A DNA stretch of 64,000 nt from a virus (Duplodnaviria > Heunggongvirae > Uroviricota > Caudoviricetes). Below are positions 59,645 to 64,000 of this stretch, one piece after another. Position numbers and translations under genes: made by a program. The first letter of the stretch is position 1. Every line of letters starts with the position of its first letter. The notes beneath the pieces were generated by a model. The model was not told the origin of the DNA. It did not search any database and worked only from the letters and a program-made list of their open reading frames with translations. The DNA lies in IMG/VR virus record IMGVR_UViG_3300045591_000029, positions 64,001-128,000 of that record. One strand, 5' to 3'.

Positions 59645-59693
59645 TCAATCTTCCTTTTGTTTGATATATTATATACAATAAGGAGGAATTATT

Positions 59694-60077
59694 ATGCCAG
59701 AAATTGTGATTCAGATTATCCAGGTATGTGTTATTCCTTTGCTCGGTATCTTGACTAAATATCTCGTTGACTACTTGACTGCTAAGCGCAATGAGATTAA
59801 CTCTAAGACCGATAATGAGACTGCTCAGAAGTACACTAATATGATTTATCAGACTGTTGTTGATTGCGTTATTGCAACCAATCAGACCTATGTAGATAGC
59901 TTGAAGAAATCTGGAAGCTTCGATGAAGCAGCTCAGAAGGAAGCATTTAACCGCACAATGAACGCTATTATGACTATTCTAAGTGACGATGCCAAGGAAT
60001 ATATTACCGAGGCTACAGGTGACTTGAATACTTATCTCACTCAGTTAATTGAGTCTGAGGTCAATAAGCGCAAATAA
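59694..60077 (+). CDS. putative holin (LL-H-like)
   Basis: Single N-terminal TM segment plus helical domain ending LIESEVNKRK; followed by a terminator at ~60085-60108. Confidence 0.6.
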   Translation: MPEIVIQIIQVCVIPLLGILTKYLVDYLTAKRNEINSKTDNETAQKYTNMIYQTVVDCVIATNQTYVDSLKKSGSFDEAAQKEAFNRTMNAIMTILSDDAKEYITEATGDLNTYLTQLIESEVNKRK

Positions 60078-60223
60078 CAAGAAAAAGGGAGCCTATTAGG
60101 CTCCCTATATTTTTTTTCAAAAAAATTGGCAAAATTTTTGGCAAAAATGTAAAATCGTCCATAGACGATTTTCATATACTAATGAAAGGTCAAAGGAAAT
60201 ATTTTTTTAGGAGGTAAAAAGTT

Positions 60224-60869
60224 TTGGCAACTAATTATCCATACTATCCACAGCAACCTATGTATCCAAGACCAGGTATTCAATATGTGGATCAGACCTA
60301 GCCGCAAATGGGTATTAAAGGCCGGCCTGTATCTTCTATTGAAGAGGCCCGCGCCATTAGCATTGATTTCGATGGCTCTGTATTTTATTTTCCCGACTTA
60401 GCAAATAGACGCATTTATACTAAGCAAATAAACATGGATGGCACAGCCAGTCTTAATGTTTATGAGCTAAAGAATGAGCCAGTCGTCAGCTCTCCTCAGT
60501 ATGTTACTAGAGAAGAGTTTGAGACTACATTAGCGCAATTAAAACAAGCTATGTTAGGAAAGGAGCCAGAATCTCAGTCCGCATCGGCATAGCCGCAGTA
60601 GACTGAGAAATTTAAGTTTTAAGGAGACATGAATTATGAACCCAATGCAACTTATCCAAATGCTTAGGAGTGGACAGAATCCTTAGCAACTCGCTATGAA
60701 TCTGCTAGAAAGCTAGATGGGTGAGACCCCAATGGGTCAAAACCTTTTAAACCTAGCCAAGAATGGTCGATCCGCAGATATTGAGCAAATTGCTCGTAAC
60801 TTAGCTAAACAATAGGGAATAGATTTCGACAAAGAATTTGCCGCCTTTAAAGAGATGCTTGGCCTTTAA
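60224..60869 (+). CDS. two recoded hypothetical proteins (60224..60622; 60636..60869)
   Basis: First: Y/P/Q-rich N-terminus plus IDFDGSVFYF...RIYTKQIN core. Second: MNPMQLIQML..GQNP[TAG]QL. Confidence 0.7.
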
Positions 60870-60896
60870 TCATCTTATTAAAGGAGGAACATTTTT

Positions 60897-61757
60897 ATGT
60901 TCAATAATTCTAATGGCTATAGTCTAGCTGATATTGCGGCTGCTACTGGTGGTAATAACCGCAATGATGGTATGTGGGACAACGGTGCGTGGTGGATTAT
61001 TATCCTCTTCCTCTTCTGTTTCAACGGTGGTATGTGGGGTAATGGTTTCGGTCGCGGCATGGGCGGTCAAGGCGCTGGATCTCCTGCGTTCCAAGGAACT
61101 ACAACTCGTGAGGAAATCGCTTATGGTTTCGACATGAATGGTCTCCAGAATAGTGTTCGTGGCGTACAACAGGGTCTCTGTGACGGGCTCTATGCTATGA
61201 ATACTGGAATGTTGAATGGCTTTGCTGGTGTTAATAATGCAGTTTGCTCTCTCGGCTATCAAACCGCTCAGCTTGCTAACGGTTTAACTTCTGACATTGT
61301 TGCTAACCGCTTTGCCGCACAACAGGGTGTATGCCAGGTTGAAAATGCTATCAATCAGGCTCGTTATGATAATACTATTGGTCAGAATAGTATTGCTCGT
61401 GAGATTTCTGATTGCTGCTGCGAGAATGGTCGCGCTATGGAACGTGGTTTTGCTGATATTAACTATAATATGGCAACCAACACTTGCGCTATCCAGACCT
61501 CTATGGCAAATCACACCCGTGACATTATCGACAGTCAGAATGCTGGCACTCGTGCTATCCTTGATTATCTCTGCCAGGAGAAAATCTCTGATCTCCAGAG
61601 TGAGAACCAGGCTCTCCGCCTTGCTGCATCTCAGCAGGCTCAGAACAATTATCTGGTCAGCCAGCTCGGTACTAAGGCACCCGTTCCTGCTTATGTGGTT
61701 GCAAACCCATACTGCAACTGCGGGACCGCAGCTTATGGTTGCGGTTTAACTGCCTAA
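60897..61757 (+). CDS. Gly/Asn-rich, Cys-containing conserved hypothetical protein
   Basis: Hydrophobic WWIIILFLFCF segment, DCCC and NPYCNC motifs, high-expression codon bias. Confidence 0.75.
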   Translation: MFNNSNGYSLADIAAATGGNNRNDGMWDNGAWWIIILFLFCFNGGMWGNGFGRGMGGQGAGSPAFQGTTTREEIAYGFDMNGLQNSVRGVQQGLCDGLYAMNTGMLNGFAGVNNAVCSLGYQTAQLANGLTSDIVANRFAAQQGVCQVENAINQARYDNTIGQNSIAREISDCCCENGRAMERGFADINYNMATNTCAIQTSMANHTRDIIDSQNAGTRAILDYLCQEKISDLQSENQALRLAASQQAQNNYLVSQLGTKAPVPAYVVANPYCNCGTAAYGCGLTA

Positions 61758-61816
61758 ATTAACCTATAAGGGGAGAGTAATCTCCCCTTATATTAAAAAC
61801 AAGGAGGATTTGTATT

Positions 61817-62239
61817 ATGGAAATTACCGCTAATGCTGTGCAAACAGTCGCGGCTAATCAAGATGTTTTATTCACAAATGTTGCTATCGCAGGCAACTCT
61901 TCTACCGTTCATCGTAGCGGTAGCGGTCAAGTAACTTTAAGAGGTTTGACTAATTGCCAGTGTCGTGCGCGTTTTCGCGTGACATTTGGAGGTAATATTG
62001 CGGTTCCCGCAGATGGTACTGCTGGACCAATTTCATTAGCTATTGCTATTGATGGTGAACCTATCAATACCACTACCATGATTTATACGCCAACCGCGGT
62101 TAGCACTTATGGCAATATTTTTGGCGCTATTTTTATTGATATCCCACGTGGATGCTGTGGAAAAGTAAGCGTAAGAAATATTTCTACTATTCCAGTAAGC
62201 GTTCAAAACGCTAATCTAATTGTTGAAAGGGTGGCTTAA
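61817..62239 (+). CDS. beta-sandwich protein (BclA C-terminal/TNF-like, tentative)
   Basis: All-beta pattern, ISLAIAIDGEP, IPRGCC, VSVRNIS. Fold assignment is inference. Confidence 0.5.
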   Translation: MEITANAVQTVAANQDVLFTNVAIAGNSSTVHRSGSGQVTLRGLTNCQCRARFRVTFGGNIAVPADGTAGPISLAIAIDGEPINTTTMIYTPTAVSTYGNIFGAIFIDIPRGCCGKVSVRNISTIPVSVQNANLIVERVA

Positions 62240-62242
62240 TTT

Positions 62243-62803
62243 ATGGAACGACTAAAGCATATGGAAGAAGTCTTGATGGGCTGTGTTCAGGCACAGTTAA
62301 GTCATCTTGATACGGTAGATACTGAGGAATTAGGTCAGGCTATTGATATGATTAAAGACCTTGAGCAGGCTAAGTATTACTGCTCTATTGTCAAGGCAAT
62401 GGAAGAGGCTGAAGAGGACGAACCTAAAGAAAAGAGCCATCACCATAGAGATATGGATAGAGTATATGGAAGAATGTATTATGAAGGTCCAGACGGCCAT
62501 TATCCATGGAAAAAGCGCGATCGCGATGAAGATTATCCTTATTATCCTGAACGCGGACGTGAGATTGATATTCGCGATTCTCGCGAAGGCCGCAGTCCAG
62601 TAACTCGTCGTATGTATATGGAATCTAAACAACTCCATAAAGATAAGACAGAAAAGGTTAAGGAATTAGAGAAGTATATGCAGGAACTCTCTGAAGACAT
62701 CGTAGAAATGATTGATGGAGCTTCTCCAGAAGAGCGTCAAGTTCTAGAAAAGAAGATGACTAGCTTGACTAATAAAATCGCGCAGTTAAATCTCAATGCT
62801 TAA
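62243..62803 (+). CDS. helical hypothetical protein
   Basis: ELGQAIDMIKDL...KYY motif, charged central region, coiled-coil C-terminus. Confidence 0.7.
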   Translation: MERLKHMEEVLMGCVQAQLSHLDTVDTEELGQAIDMIKDLEQAKYYCSIVKAMEEAEEDEPKEKSHHHRDMDRVYGRMYYEGPDGHYPWKKRDRDEDYPYYPERGREIDIRDSREGRSPVTRRMYMESKQLHKDKTEKVKELEKYMQELSEDIVEMIDGASPEERQVLEKKMTSLTNKIAQLNLNA

Positions 62804-63128
62804 TATTAATGGGGTAAGTTGGAGGATATTGCTAGTACCTCCAACTTCCTCTACTCTTGCTAGGAGCGATGGGTCATTAGCTTCTGGTGTTTGTGATAAT
62901 GATACTAAATGTATCTATATCAATGAGAATCTTAATTCTTCTTTAATGAAGAGAGTGTTATGTCACGAAATAACTCATGCTGCTATGTTTAGCTATGAAA
63001 CTGATTTAACCGTTGAACAAGAGGAACTATTAGCGGATCTAATAGCTACCTATGGACAGGAAATAATTTCTAAAACCAATGATATATTTCAACGATTAAA
63101 AGCAAATAAAGGGGACTTGTCAAGTTAA
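62796..63128 (+). CDS. HExxH zinc metallopeptidase-like protein
   Basis: IYINENL...VLCHEITHA...EELLAD. Confidence 0.7.
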   Translation: MLNINGVSWRILLVPPTSSTLARSDGSLASGVCDNDTKCIYINENLNSSLMKRVLCHEITHAAMFSYETDLTVEQEELLADLIATYGQEIISKTNDIFQRLKANKGDLSS

Positions 63129-63152
63129 AGACAAGTCCCCTTTATTTTTTTG

Positions 63153-63584
63153 TTATTCGGGTTTAATTGGTAATTCCAATGCTAATTCATAATATTCTTT
63201 AGCTTGACCATTTCCGCCTAATCCAGAATATATTCGATAAAACTCACTTAATTGGTCATATTGTTCTTGTGCCATATAACCCTATTTAATATAAGCTTTA
63301 CAAAGCTAAACCAAACGGAATTTATAAGACGAAATAATTAGCTGCATATGACTTTTCTCAATATCTTTAGTTTCCATGATATATTTTCGAAGTTCTTCGA
63401 TCTCTTTCTGAATCGGTTCAATACGAGAATCTATAGTTTTTTCTAGCTCAGTGTCTTTATTCTCTTCAAGTAATTTTTTGTAATTCTTTAACTAGCTATG
63501 TAAGTATTTACAAAAAGCTAAGGCTCCCGCTGATACTAAGCCGAAAAAAATTTCAACTAAATGTTCAGCAATAAAAGTAAACAT
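63153..63584 (-). CDS. membrane-anchored protein with LGGNG motif (recoded, 3 TAG)
   Basis: AAGGAGG SD; N-terminal TM segment, coiled coil, FYRIYSGLGGNG; missing from the ORF track. Confidence 0.6.
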
Positions 63585-63659
63585 AAAATCCTCCTTCCTT
63601 AAACCTCTCAAAAAATTTAAGAGTTAAGAAAGGAGGATTATTTTATTTAGACCGCATTC

Positions 63660-63998
63660 TTACCAAGCGCATTTATTCTTCTTGATATGATGAGTTCCAA
63701 TACATACAGCATCCGCGATATCCTAGATAACATGGATACCATAATTCTATTCTACATATAGTTGAGCATTCTTTTTCTATTCTGCTCTTGTTCGACCCTT
63801 AATGCCTAAAGTAGATTTCCAAGATGCGGCGAGAACTGTTGAATGAGGAATCTGGATTTCTTGTAGTAACTCTGATACAACTCCATAAACCTCTGCCAAG
63901 ACCTTAAAGGTCTAAACATTATTAGCCACATTGTTCTATTGCTAAATATCTTCAAAGATTACTTCGTCGATATTATAATCTGCAACTAAAGTCTAAAT
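63660..63998 (-). CDS. RuvC-like Holliday junction resolvase, C-terminal part (recoded, 7 TAG)
   Basis: VIFEDI[TAG]Q[TAG]NN, WKSTLGI, AE[TAG]KK and DIADAVCIG; runs off the window edge. Confidence 0.7.
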
Positions 63999-64000
63999 GC

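Overview
This window is part of a large tailed phage genome, probably a siphovirus of a spore-forming gut Clostridia host (inferred from sigmaA promoters, AGGAGG ribosome-binding sites and a SpoVT homolog). It uses an alternative genetic code in which TAG encodes Gln (code 15), which is why the supplied ORF track is fragmented. Layout: (1) 0.5-11 kb, leftward, GC-richer small early genes arranged as cassettes separated by a repeated promoter/palindrome/hairpin/terminator element; (2) 11.4-13.5 kb, a leftward operon with folD and a type-2 peptidyl-tRNA hydrolase; (3) 13.6-51.7 kb, a rightward morphogenesis region (terminase, portal, protease, capsid, tail, 2905-aa tape measure, baseplate and fibres); (4) 51.7-59.6 kb, a host-range locus; (5) 59.7-63.1 kb, a holin plus a six-gene module of unknown function; (6) the start of a leftward recoded block with a RuvC-like gene. 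The host-range locus is the most notable part. It holds a complete diversity-generating retroelement (target-VR, avd, TR, RT; 16 of 16 TR/VR mismatches at TR adenines) whose RT opens with three consecutive TAG codons. This arm is back-to-back with a second fibre/chaperone arm. The two arms are separated by about 150 bp flanked by 13-bp inverted repeats resembling serine-invertase sites, and a serine recombinase lies just downstream, suggesting an invertible-promoter switch between a fixed and a hypervariable receptor-binding protein. No suppressor tRNA, rRNA or CRISPR array was found. Products were assigned by motif recognition only; no database searches were run.
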